Of a stretch of DNA of 64,000 nt, positions 1 to 12,046 are shown piece by piece. The stretch comes from Vicugna vicugna (taxonomy: Eukaryota), in assembly GCA_013265495.1 (NCBI GenBank), contig MU058844.1:7501260-7565259 (forward strand), given 5' to 3'. A program made the translations under genes and the position numbers. The notes below the pieces were generated by a model. It saw only the letters and a list, made by a program, of their open reading frames with translations. It did not search any database and was not told the origin of the DNA. The stretch's first letter is position 1. Each line of letters opens with the position of its first letter.

Positions 1-165
1 CCAGTGTGAGGTCATTGTACTTGATTGGCATTTCTCTGATCAGTAGTGATATTGAGCATTATTTCATGTCCTATTGGCATTTGTATGTTCCATTGGAGAA
101 ATATTTGTTTAGGTCTTCTGCCCATTTTTGGATGGAGTTGTTTGTTGTTTTGTTTGAGTTGTAGT
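1..165 (-). mobile_element. LINE-1 fragment (ORF2 3' region), cut by window start
   Basis: Antisense L1 text (GCATTTCTCTGAT..GATATTGAGCAT..GGAGAAATATTTGTTTAGGTCTTCTGCCCATTTTT). The minus-strand ORF 12-194 is L1 ORF2-like. The same L1 segment recurs at ~375-500. Confidence 0.85.
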
Positions 166-1565
166 GTTTTCCATTTCTTTGGATACATAACCAAAAGTAG
201 AATTGCTGGATCATATACTACTTGCTAGTTTTAGATTTTTGAAGGATCTCTGTACTGTTTTCCATTGTGACTCTACCATTTACATTCTCACAATGTGTGA
301 GGGTTCCCTTTTCTCCATATTCTTACCAACTCTTGCTATTTGTGGTCTTTTGATGATAGCTATTCTGACAGGTGAAACCTCATTGTGGTTTTGATTTGCA
401 TTTCTCTGATTAACAATGTTGAGCATCTTTTCCTGCACCTATTGGCCATCTGTATGTCTTCTTTAGAAGAATGTTCAGGTCTTCTGCCCATTTTTAAGTT
501 GTTTTTTTCTTTTTGATATTGTATGAGCTGTCCATATAAGTGAATTGTATGAGCTGTCCATATAAGTTGGATATTAACTCCTTATTGGCCATATCATTTG
601 CAGATATCTTCTCCCATTCAGTAGGCTGTCTTTTTGTTTTGTTTATGGTTTCCTTTGCTGTGCAAAAACTTTTAAATTTAATTAGACTAATTAAAATTTT
701 TTTAAAAAGTTTGCTTGTGTTTTCTTTGCCTTAGAGATCCAAAAAAATTTTGCTCTGATTCTTGTCAAAGAGTGTTCTGCCTGTGTTTTCCTCTAGGAGT
801 TACATGGTTTCAGATCTTACATTTAGACCTGAATCCATTTTGAATTTATTTTTATATGTGGTGTTAGATAATATTCTAATTTCATTCTTTTACATGCAAC
901 TGTCTAGTTTTCCCAGTACTACTTACTGAAGAGACTGTCTTTTCCCCATTGTGTATTCTTGTCTCCTTTGTCATAGATAAATTGACCATAACTGTGAGGG
1001 TTTTTCTGAGCTTTCTGTCCTGTTCCATTTATGTGTCTTGTTTTTGCACCAAATACTTTTGGATTACTGTAGCTTTGGAGTATATTCTGAAGTCAGGGAA
1101 CATGATACCTTCAGCTCTGTTCTTAAGATTCCTTTGGCTATTCAGGGTCTTTTGTGTTTCCATACAAATTTTAGAATTATTCTAGTTCTATGAAAAATGC
1201 CATTGGTATTTTGATACAGATTGCATTAAATTTGTAGATTGCCTTGGGTGGTATGGTTATTTTGACAATATTCTTTCAATTCATGATCATGGTTTATCTT
1301 TCATCTGTTTGCATTGTCTTCAGTTTCTTTCATCAGTGTCTAACAGTTTTTCAATTACAGATCTTTTGCCTCCTCAGTTAGATTTATTCCTAGGCATTTG
1401 ACTCTTTTTGACACAATGGTAGATGGGACTGTTTTCTTAATTTCTCTTTCTGGCAGTTCATTATTAGTGTACAGAAATGCAACAAATTTATGTATATTAG
1501 TTTTCTATCCTGCAACTTTATGGACTTCATTGCTGAGCTCTAATTTTTGGTGGTGCCTTTAGGTT
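166..1565 (-). mobile_element. LINE-1 ORF2 3' portion, decayed and 5'-truncated
   Basis: Continuous antisense L1 ORF2 motifs: GAATTGCTGGATCATA, TTTGCTGTGCAAAAACTTTTAAATTTAATTAG, CTAGTTTTCCCAG, TAGATTTATTCCTAGG, TATCCTGCAACTTTA. Many stops and indels. Confidence 0.92.
518..567. repeat. Tandem duplication, 24-bp perfect copies at 26-bp period
   Basis: ATTGTATGAGCTGTCCATATAAGT at 518-541 and 544-567, inside the L1. Confidence 0.95.
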
Positions 1566-3849
1566 TAATAATCAATTCAGAAAAGAAGATTAAAATACAA
1601 GATTAAAAGATTCATGACTGTTCAACTATTTTATTTTATCTTAAAATACAAAAATGTGCATTTTATTTATCAAATGTTTCAGGAATTGTCGGGACCTTTT
1701 TAAAAAAATGAGTCTGTTGATTAAAAAATTGTCTTCTTTGGTATGTAAACTATACCCACAATGTATTCCTTTTAATTTTTTTCTCAGAACTTAAGACATA
1801 ATGTAATGCAATCTCCATGCAGAATTTTGTAATTATTGTTATTGTTAATGGAACATCACAGATTTGAATGTTATCTTTGTGCAGAGCATATGCAGAATTA
1901 TTTAAATATTTTTCTCAGAATTTTATTGTTAGCCTTCCCACACCTAATTAGATAGCAATTTTTAAAATAGCTCATCTTTATTAAACTTTTCCAAAATATT
2001 CAATTTAGTTACCATAAAACATTTTTTAAAGTAGTATTAATTATATTGTGTAGTTAGAATAACAAGTTTATCTAATGTAAGACAGTTTGAGGAATACACC
2101 CAACAATCTATTGATGCATGTAAGTCAGCTGGAGGCGGCCAAGTTGTGTGGACAGACTGGAAAGCCACCTCCATAGGTCTTCTCTAGGCATTGAAGGTAT
2201 AGTCATTATGTCTCAGAGGATGGGGAGGGCTAATCTACAGTCAAGAAAGTGGATTAAAAGTGGTTGTTTATTGATACTCCATGATCTAAAATTCTGGTAT
2301 TTGTTACTAAAAGCCTATTTAAAAGGTGAGTAAAGGTCATTACTTTTAAAGTGTATTTTGATTATTTAGATAAATCAGGTTTTAAATAGATACATATTTT
2401 ATTTAATTACAATTACCTCTAAATTATAAATTTTTTTGAAATTATACTGACTTTTTGCTTCTTATCTGGAAAAATGGTTGTGGGATGGAATGACAGCCTT
2501 CTGAGAGATCTGTGCTTTGCATGAGTTCAAAATTGCTACTGTTCAAAATGTGCTACAAGACCTGCCACACAATCTTCTGACTAGACAGGAAGCTTTGAGG
2601 GCGTGATCAAAATTATATCTGTGTATGTTTCGTAAGTGCCTATCACAAAGAGCAGCAATGTGTAGGCACTGAAATTGTTGGAAAATAAGCAAAAAAGAAA
2701 CTGAGACATTCTGTGATAAGATGTTTTTTCTGATTTTGTTACCCTTCTGATATTTTTCTCCTGATTTCTTTCTTATACAAATACTATCTTTTTTATTAAC
2801 AAAATATAAAGAAAGGAATACTATATTATCATAAGATAGTCATCCCACCTTGTTCTATTGTTCTGAAGAGACATAAAAGAAGAGGCAGGCTATGCACTGG
2901 CTTGTGAAATAAGAATAGAAAAATGACAGTTTCTATGAATATCAATTTGTAATGCATCCTGCTTATGCTGTGCCTTGCTCTCTGGTCCATAATCTAAGAA
3001 GCAGTTTTTACTTAGAAACATACTTATTGGAAAAATAAAGCATCCTATAAGATAACTCCCAACATTTACAGACTCAGAAGATTTGGAAGAAAGCAAATGC
3101 ATGTTTGATGAAAACTATTAATTTAACTTTAGATTGAGGATTCAAAAGCAATTTATAAAAAATACAAACATTTATGGGAGATGCCATAATCTCTGGCTCC
3201 TGAATCCTAGAAGCACATATTTCTTTTCCTCATCTTAAGGAAAGAGTTGAGATCCACAGAAAGATGATGTCAAATTGATCTGGTGCTCAAATATTCACCT
3301 TGAAACATTTATATTTTTGGAAACGCAGTCAGTATTAAACAGTATCACACTTTAGTTTTCACACTCATCTTTCTGGCCTCTTCATATGTTTATAAAATTC
3401 ACAAATGGATTCCACACATGTGGCGTCTATTTCTACATCATAAACTCCCTTCATAATCTCTTAAAATCTGGTTTCTCTTCTTAATCTTAAAATTCAATTC
3501 CGTTATATTCAATTTGAATAATACATATAGCATGTTTTATAAAAAATAATTTAAGAATTGTTATACTGAAATATTTAAGAATTAATTTTGAGAATAATTG
3601 AGAATTATCATGCAAATAATTAACTACACCAACTAAAAAAACTTGGGTGTGTATTGGTCCAGAACCAGGAAGCCCCTGATTAGAGGCCTTGTTAATAAGC
3701 ACCTGCTGTAGAAGGTAGCCAACCAAATCAAGGGAAAATAAAGATTTCAATTTTTTTATTACTGGAAAGATGCGACACAAATTGTTCCCGCTATTCTTCC
3801 TGCCTCTATACACATCTTCACCTAATTCATCCTCTACATGGCTTCAGGG

Positions 3850-4035
3850 GTCAGGGCTGGCAAAGCATAGAGAAGTGCAAAATTAAAGTAGAAGCCCCTG
3901 TTCAGAAAAAGCAGAAAAAAAGTGCAGTTAAAGGTACTAAAACATAAGGCGTTTAACTTTAAAAACATGCCATAATTTGTAAACATAATAGAGGTAACAG
4001 AGGTACATGAATAACAACATAGATCTGCAAATCGC
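3850..4035. mobile_element. hAT-Tip100 DNA transposon remnant (MER45/ORSL-like)
   Basis: GTGCAAAATTAAAGTAGAAGCCCCTGTTCAGAAAAAGCAGAAAAAAGTGCAGTTAAAGGTACTAAAA resembles the recalled MER45-group consensus. Confidence 0.45.
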
Positions 4036-4199
4036 CACACTGCCCTTTGATGTGTTTGTCCACCTCATGGTCTGCCTCCTAACTTGGAATCTTTACTGGG
4101 CTTCCCTGCATTCTCCTCTCTGCATTTGGTTATCTTTGATCTATCCTCCAGCTTGCACTTTAAAAGTCACTTCCTCATGTACTCATTTTTTATTCCACA

Positions 4200-4420
4200 G
4201 AAGCATCTTTTATTTTTCATTCAGACACATCATAATAAGTAATTTATATAATCATGTAATGTCCTGCACCCCACTGGATTGTCATGATGAGGGCTGTACA
4301 CATTGTTTTCTTCTCTCTCTCCTCTCTGGGCCTGATCCAACGCCTGTTACATATTTTTATTCTTATAATGCCTGTCCCTGCTAAATATGTGTTGAACGAA
4401 CAAGTGAATGAATGAATGGA
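4200..4420 (+). mobile_element. L2 LINE 3' end
   Basis: CCCCACTGGATTGT..GAGGGC..AAATATGTGTTGAACGAACAAGTGAATGAATGAATG, a typical L2 terminus. Confidence 0.65.
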
Positions 4421-5817
4421 GGCCCCAATATACTTGATGAAGTGCGTGACTCTCCATGAGGAGGCTGTCAGTCACGTCCACAGCTCCATTTCCCACTCAG
4501 TTGAGGCCAGTATTTGACATCGTGGGACGGAGGGTGAAAAAGAAAAAAAAATCTGTGAATCTGAGATTGCTTGTTTTCAGCTTTATGAATTAAGCAGTAA
4601 AAATAGAGCTGAAGAGATTCAGATAGCACCTGCCAATCTTGTTTAGTCACCTACACAGAAGTGTTGATTTGTAGCTCTGCCATCATCTCCAAGGGACAAA
4701 GACCAAATTATTGGCATTGGGAGGTTAGGAAAACTACTGAGAGAAGAGCGATGTCATGGCAGTGGTATCAGGGACTATGGAGGGAAAGGGTGTCATCAGT
4801 GACTCTATACCCATTGTCCTGAAAAGGACGCAGTGGGAGTCTGCAGTTCGCCTTATAAGCAGAAGCCTAAGCTGCAGATAAAGATGCGAGAACTTAAGTA
4901 GCCAGGAGAAGTGTCAGAGATGTAAAATTTAAATCTGGGAGTTTATTAAAAAAAAATGACTAGAATTGCTGGAATAAAAAAATTGAGGGTATAGAGATCT
5001 CCTTATAAAAATAAAGAGAACTAAGGAAAAATGGGATCATTTGGTTGATACCAGCCTTTTAAAAGTGATAACCCATTAAAGGTGAGTCTATTATAAAGAA
5101 TATAACTATGAGAACTTACTTTGGAAGCCTACCAGGTTTTTGTATATCCACTATAATTTGTTGCAAATGCTTGTGACAAATATTGCATATTTCAGATCTC
5201 ATGATTATTTCAAAAGAAATAATTGTTTCAACTATCTTACCGTTTTTTATTGGTACTGGTAAGTGTATTGCCACATTTTTCATGGAACCAAATAAACATT
5301 TCTCAAAGAAGTGAAAGATTTTGAAATGACTTAAATTTAGAGCATCTAAGAATAAAAGAGGTTAAACCTGTCTTTTGCCTGCTGCTCAGGATTAAAATAC
5401 TAGAAAACAAAGGCCTTCATTTTTGATCCTGTCCTTTTAAGATTAAAATGAAAAGGACAGCTGTACAAGAGATTCTTTTTTCACACATCACTTCCTTTTG
5501 ATATCTTTCCATTTCTGCCTCTGCTCTACTCTTAGATATTTTAGAGCAGCTTCAATAAGAATATGCATTTCTGTTAGGGCTTCCTTAAATGCAGACACCT
5601 CTGGGACCTCACTAAAGGAATCTCTGCTTTATAAGCCTACACCTTTTACCAAGTGATGGCAACAATAAGCAGGATTAATTCCTGAGGCCAGTGGGTAGCC
5701 CGGAGCTCTCTTTCTAGCTGACAGGCACAAAGTAATAATTTATCTTAAGCAATTAGGACCTTCTGATTCTTTGCACTTTTTCTCTAATTTCTTATTTCCT
5801 CTGTCTACTCTATGTGC

Positions 5818-5822
<5 letters not shown>

Positions 5823-5854
<32 letters not shown>
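5823..5854. repeat. (TG)16 microsatellite
   Basis: Perfect TG run read directly. Confidence 0.98.
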
Positions 5855-5857
<3 letters not shown>

Positions 5858-5873
5858 TGTTTAAAAATAAATA

Positions 5874-6335
5874 TTGTAAGTTTTTGTCCTCTATAGGTAA
5901 AGGTGTTTTTACCTTCTGGCTTCTTTGGGGATTTATTTTCTGTTTGATTTGCTGTACAGTTTGAAGATGATATGCCTAGTGTTGTTTTTTTGTTTGTTTG
6001 GGGTTTATTTTTTAGGAGGGGGGAGGTAAGTATTTATCCTTCTTGGTGTTATCTGAGCTTTGTGGATCTGTGGTTAGTGTTTGGCTGTAATTTGGGGGAA
6101 TTCTCAGGCATTATCATTTCAAATATTTCTGTTCTTTTCTGTCTTTTCCTGTGGAATCCCCATTATGTGTGTGTTAACATTTTTTTGTAGTTACTCCAAA
6201 GTCCTTGGAGACTCCATTCTGCTTTCTTTCAGTCTTTGCTCTCTTTGCTTTTCAGTTTGAGGATTCTATTGATATAGCTTCTATTTCATAAATTCTTTCT
6301 TCATCCAGTGTCCAGTCTACTAATAAGCTCATTAA
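5874..6335 (-). mobile_element. Old L1 (L1M) ORF1 segment, inverted relative to its neighbour
   Basis: Antisense L1M ORF1 text: CCTCTATAGGTAAAGGTG, CAGTTTGAAGATGATATGCCTAG, TTTGGGGGAATTCTCAG, GTGTCCAGTCTACTAATAAGC. Confidence 0.8.
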
Positions 6336-7290
6336 AGAGGACAAAAGATAAGACTTACAACCAACTTCTCAGAAACCATGCAAGCAAGAAGAGAGTGGAG
6401 TTGTAATATTTAAAATGTTAAGAGAAAAAACCCCACCAACCTAAAATTCTGTACATTGCAAAATTATCCTTTGAAAGTGATGGAGAAATTAAGGTTTTCT
6501 CAGCAAACAAAAATTGAGGGAACATGTTGCCAGTAGACCTGCCTTACAAGAAATGTTAAAATAAGTTCAGTAATTTTAATCTTGTTGAAGAAAGGAAGAG
6601 CACTATAAGGAAAAAGTAGAAAAGTAAAATAAAAACTTTTATTTTTCTTACTTTTATTGACCTAACAGAACAATTTGTTTAATTATGTAGTTTTTTGTAT
6701 ACATCTTGTGTGTATATTTGTGCGTGTGTATATATATACATATGTGCTTGTGTAGCCTTGTAAGTGAAGTGAATGGCAGCAATGATACAAAAAATTGGAA
6801 AGGTTAGGATTATTTTGTTATTAGGTATTCATACTACCCACGAAGTAGTGTCATGTTATGTAAAAGTATTTGAATTAGTTGCAAATGTATATTGCAAACT
6901 GTAGAACAACCACAAAAAAAATGTTTTTAAAATGTATAACTGATGTGCTAAGAAATGAGAGACAGTGGAATCATACAAAATTCTCAATTCAAACCTCAAA
7001 AAGGAGAAAGCAGTGAAAGACAAAAACAGGAAAAAGAACAAGGGGAACAAGTAGAAAACAATAATGAACACATCAGATTAATCCAACCATATCCGTAATC
7101 GCTTTTACTACAATGGTGTCAATGTACCAATTAAAAGACAGAGATTGTCAGAGTGGATCAGAAAACAAGACCCAACTGCATAAATACATACACAGATTAA
7201 AAGTAAATGGATGGGAAACAATATACTACGCTAACACTAATCTTAAAAAAAAAATTGGAATGGCTATATTATTTTCGGACAAAGCTGACT
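6336..7290 (+). mobile_element. Old L1 (L1M): ORF1 C-terminus, inter-ORF spacer and start of ORF2 endonuclease
   Basis: TCAGAAACCATGCAAGCAAGAAGAGAGTGG, AAATTATCCTTTGAAAGTGATGGAGAAAT and GCCAGTAGACCTGCCTTACAAGAAATGTTAAA. Across a frameshift it translates to PIKRQRLSEWIRKQDPT / HRLKVNGWETIYYANTNLKKKIGMAILFSDKAD, the L1 EN N-terminus. Confidence 0.9.
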
Positions 7291-7644
7291 GTCCATAAGT
7301 GATAGCCAATCAATAATTTCAGGGAACAGAAGTAGGACAAACCTAATTAAATGAGACAAATTCAGTTTACTAGTCATTGCCTTTCAGAGAGTATCAAGGA
7401 AATGCTTCTGCGTGTAATTATCAGGTGGGTATACTACACAGATTTGGTTTCTTACAATGGAAAGGAAATAATTAGCCCATATGTTTTATCAGGAATTTGG
7501 TCTTTTGTTTTGCCATTCCTGTTCCCCTCATGCGCCCTCCTTTCTGGCTCATGCCTGCCTCCTCCCCTTTGTTCCCCCGTCGCAGATTCTCTGTGCCTTA
7601 CCCTTGTGAGCACATATTCTGATACTTAGCCTCAACAAACTGCC

Positions 7645-7850
7645 TGGCAGTGTGGGGTTGAGATGAAAAGTGTGTTGCCCTGGAGATGAATTTCCCAGAT
7701 GTAAATACACATTCACACCCCTTGCTAATTGTTAATTTTACTTAACTTAATTTTTTCCCTGGGAAAATTGCTTACGCTGTCTGTGTTTGAGGTTCCTGTA
7801 AAACGGAAATATTAGTTGTTCCTACCTTGAGGGATATTGGGAGGGGTAAA
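7645..7850 (+). mobile_element. MIR SINE
   Basis: Core-like CCTGGGAAAATTGCTTAC..TTCCTGTAAAACGGAAATATTAGTTGTTCCTACCTTGAGGGATATTGGGAGG. Confidence 0.6.
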
Positions 7851-8015
7851 TGGTTTCAAATTCCCCTACTCTAAGAGAGTCCTCAGACCACACATCTGAA
7901 ACACTGGGAGCCGGTTAGCAAGGAGCTCCCTACAGAACTGCTGAATCAGAATCTCCATTTTCATGAAATCCCCAGGTGATCTGTATGCACGTATGTTAAA
8001 GTTTGGAAAGTCCTG
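7851..8015. mobile_element. MER5A-like hAT-Charlie element
   Basis: CTGCTGAATCAGAATCTCCATTTTCATGAAATCCCAGGTGATCTGTATGCAC..TTAAAGTTTGGAAAG. Confidence 0.75.
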
Positions 8016-10270
8016 GTAGTACATGGGAAACACGACTGTATGTACATGAAACGTGTCCTCACTAAGGCCTATTCTAATTAAACTAAAGGGGAAAAAATGG
8101 ATAGAAAAAGTATGACATTATTACAGAAATGAATTTTTTCAAAGGTTTTTCTTTTTTCCTTACCCACGATCATTTTACACTAAAGTTACACAGCTTAGGG
8201 TTTTGGTTTTGTGTGTGTGTGCGCACGCACACTTGTGCGTGTGTATGTGTTTAAGAAAGAGAGGAAGAGAGAGGGACACAGGGAAAGGGGAAAATATAAG
8301 ACTTCATAGTTGATAAAGGAAGAAAAGTGATTGTTTTGATTCCAGTCATTCTCTCTAGAAAAAAGGGTTAGTGAATGTGTGTTTTAAATTCTCCTTGAAA
8401 ATCCCACCTAAAGTACTTTAAAAAGAACCATCGTACAGCAGGCACTTGCATTTCAGAAAGCTGACTTCAGATGGAAAACAGTCTCAGGGCTGTATGGACC
8501 TTAACAAGAAGCACGTTGACTCCTTTTACCATAGAACGTGTTCACTTTCTTTTTATGAAAAATAATAAAAACAGGATTTAAAGCATTTTTAAATATATCA
8601 TTTAGTGTGCTTATGTATCCTCTCCCATGGAGAATGAAAAAAGGGAAAGCACCCATTTCCACATTAAACGTTTCAGGGATATTGCTCACATAGGTTACTA
8701 CACTGGCTAACAGCCTGTTAAAATTAAGGCAAGGGAGGAATGATAAATATTCATTTTCTACTTTCCCCCTGGCACCAAGATGTAAAAATAGCTAATCGTG
8801 GCCTCCTAAATACAATTATTAATGAGTTTTGCAGCAGCATGTTATTTGTGCGGAGATGTGTGCAAATACTGAGCTTTCTTTTCCTCCAGATGGTGTTCAC
8901 TGAGTTCAAGCAGTCATATAAGCTGGGGCAAGCGCTCTCCCATGTTGTTCCTTCTGTTCACGGGAAGGGAAAAGCAAGGCAAAACCAGCACCCAACAGGC
9001 CTGCATTGCTTAAAGCTCTTGATGCGCTAGAAATTTTAAGAACATTTCAAAACCCAGACAGTTGTCTGTGATTTCAAAAGCTAGGTTGTAAAATGAAGTA
9101 ACCATACTGCAGCAGTACTCATGCAATAAAAATTCATTCCTTCTGAATTATCAGATAAAAAATCATAGCAGTGCGTTAAGAACAATCCATACTAGTTGTG
9201 ATATGCAGTCATGCTTTGTATTCTTGGGCATAAAATTAAATATTTTTCCTCTTTTAGTTTGTTTGAATTTCTGTTGGTTTGAAGCTTTTAAAAGTAATTT
9301 TAATACCATTCATATTTTGAAGAGGAAGAAATTAATCCTGTCATATGTATTTTAGATGAAATGTAAAACAAAGATCCGGAAGGCCTGCAGTAATAAAATA
9401 ACTCAGGTTGTCATAATAAAAACATTAACTTCAGTATACAGGAAAATTTCCCACGGACATAATTATATTTTGTTGTTCTAATCTTCATCTCTTTTCCTTC
9501 TTTTCAAACTTAATTGGAGCCAAAAATATTTGAAAATTTTGTAAAGGATAAACAGACAATGGCATATTTTGAAGTGTGTATGTTCATTATGTATTTCATA
9601 ACTAACGATTAGAAAACATTTTGAATCTCTGAATCCTATTAAAACTTTTATGCACTTTACCTAAATTATGTAGGTTTAACTATTTTATTTATGAGAGGAA
9701 AAAAGCCAGACCTCTTTTATAATACTTTTATAACCTCCATGAAGATAGTGATTATTTGTCGTTTATTCTTTTAAACTTTCAGTAGCAATGAGTAATGGTA
9801 ATATTTAATGAGTAATAATTAATTTGAATTTCATCTCTCAACGGCCACAAGAACACTATAAGCAAAGCGTTATTTCCCTTATTTTACTTACAGCATTTTC
9901 TTTATTGTTGTAACGCTTTATTTCAGAAGTTAAATAATTTGATGAAGCTAGAAGACTAACAAAAGATAGAAACAAATTTTAAACCAAAGCTTTTTGACAA
10001 TAGAACTTATACTTTTAACTATATACCAAATCAGCTCACCTCCTCGGTTCTGGTAGTTGATACAGAAATCAGTTTGTATTCATTTAAACTGTAGGGTGTT
10101 CCTGTAAGTAAGTGCAGTTTTTCTATGTCACAGATGAGGAAACTAATGCTCTCCGAGGGCTTAAAGAAAAAGATGCTGTAAGGAAGTTGATGTCCCATTA
10201 TTAACCATTAAGTTAAGATTTCTAACCATATTTGCCTTTTTACTTGATCAACAATATTCATTTTATCATA

Positions 10271-10745
10271 AGGCATACTTCATCTTATTGTACTTTGCCT
10301 CATTGAGCGTTACAGATCTTGCGTTATTTTTTCTTTAAACAACTTGAAGTTTTGTGGCAACCCTACATCAAGCCAGTCTGTTGGCATCATTTTTCCAATA
10401 GCATTTGCTCACTTTGTGTCTGTGTCACATTTTGGTAATTCTCACAGTATTTCAAACTTTTTCATTACTTTATTTGTTAGGGTGATCTGTAATCTTTGAT
10501 GTTACTACTACCACTTGCTGAAGGCTGAAATGATGGTTAGCTTTTTTTTTTTTTTTAGCAATAATGTATTTTTAAAGTAAGGAATGCACATTATTTTTTT
10601 AGGCATAATACTATTGCACATCTAACAGACTACATTATAGTGTAAATATATGCACTGGGAAAACAAAAAACTTTGCATTACTCATTTTATTCACCTTGCT
10701 GCAGTGGTCTAGAACTGAACACTCATTATCTCTGAGGTATGCCTG
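10271..10745. mobile_element. Non-autonomous Tigger1 derivative (Tigger1a_Art-like), both TIRs present
   Basis: Left end TA-AGGCATACTTC, right end GAGGTATGCCTG-TA (Tigger1 TIR with TA TSD). Internal Tigger1 text TTGTGGCAACCCT..CAAG and ATTGCACATCTAACAGACTAC. About 475 bp with the transposase deleted. Confidence 0.88.
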
Positions 10746-11049
10746 TATATATCATACATTAAAATTTTTGTTTTCTTTTGTTATGAATCTATGCTATAAT
10801 AATATACTTGCTATTGGTATTTGGACAATATTTAAATCCCCTTTTTATATACCCAGAATGTGACTAGATGACCAAAATGAAGTTAATTTGGAAACATGAA
10901 TTGGTTGAATTAAAAGTATGCCCATGTATGCTACCTCAGTTTTCACTTTTAGCATATTTTTTGAAGTTGATAATCATAAGAAATCAGACTTTGGTCTTTG
11001 TCCTTTATTACATATTATCATTTACTTAGTAATTTAAAGAATAACAAAG

Positions 11050-11185
11050 GTTAATACTTCTATAAGTTTCTTTTGTGCCAGGCACTATTCTAAAAGCTTT
11101 ATGTGTGTTACTTAATTTTTGCTGGAACGCTTTGTATTGCATTATATTATTATCATTCCCATTTTATAGATGAACAGATATAGAA
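11050..11185 (-). mobile_element. MIR SINE
   Basis: TGTGCCAGGCACTATTCTAAAAGCTTT..ATTATCATTCCCATTTTATAGATGA. Confidence 0.75.
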
Positions 11186-11914
11186 TGATTTTTTAGGATG
11201 AGAATCAGTCTGATAAACTATTTGAATATTTATGGTCTAGAAACACTCCTAACTACATTATCTTTAATAGCCTTCCCATTACACTTCCATCTATTAATAA
11301 TAGGAAGGAAATAGCCACTCTCAAATTTTCATTAGAAAAGAAAGCATGAAATTTTAAAGACTATGTCAGAGCACATTTAGTTGATCTAATTGGCAAGGTT
11401 ACATGTTCTCTTTTATAGTCTACAGGAGCACAGGTTTTTGACTAACCTGGAGAATTACTGGATGAAAACACATATTTGTGTGATGGATTTGCCCAAAGAA
11501 ATTGCTCTTTGCTATGTAGGTGCTGAAAATGAAATTAGTCACACATCATCTGGGAAAGATGTTCCCCGTGTAAGTTCTAAATGCCTTGTAAATTGCTCTT
11601 CCTAATTGGGGTTAGATGCCTTTTTGGACACTTGGTTGAGTAAATTATTTAAGTGATCCATAAACTGTCAGACATAGCAACAGGATGTGCAATCAAGGGT
11701 AGCGCATGTTGTGTGGAGCTCATCAGTCAGGCACAGGTGTATCATCTGTAAGCTGCTTGGTTTCCAGCAACTGAAGGAGTTGTTTCTACTTTCCTTGGCT
11801 TGAAAAGTTTACTTCCTAGAAGGAAACTAAATGAGATCTACTCTTTAAGCTATTTTTCCTAGGCTTCCTAAAACCCTTTGTTTATTTCTTGGTCTCAGAC
11901 ACGAATGGCTCTCT

Positions 11915-12046
11915 TTTACTAGACTGTGAACATTTGGAGGACAGGAATTCTGTCTTATTCATCTTTGTATTTCAGCACTTAACTATAGTAACTGACACAT
12001 AATCAACTTTCAGTATTGAAAAAATTAATACACCAATGAATGAATA
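11915..12046 (+). mobile_element. L2 LINE 3' end
   Basis: ACTAGACTGTGAAC..TGGAGGACAGGAATTCTGTCTTATTCATCTTTGTATTTC..AATGAATGAAT. Confidence 0.8.

Noticed and set aside
7113..7298. 61-aa ORF with endonuclease-like motif
   Set aside because: It is a frameshifted fragment of the L1 ORF2 endonuclease domain, not a host gene.
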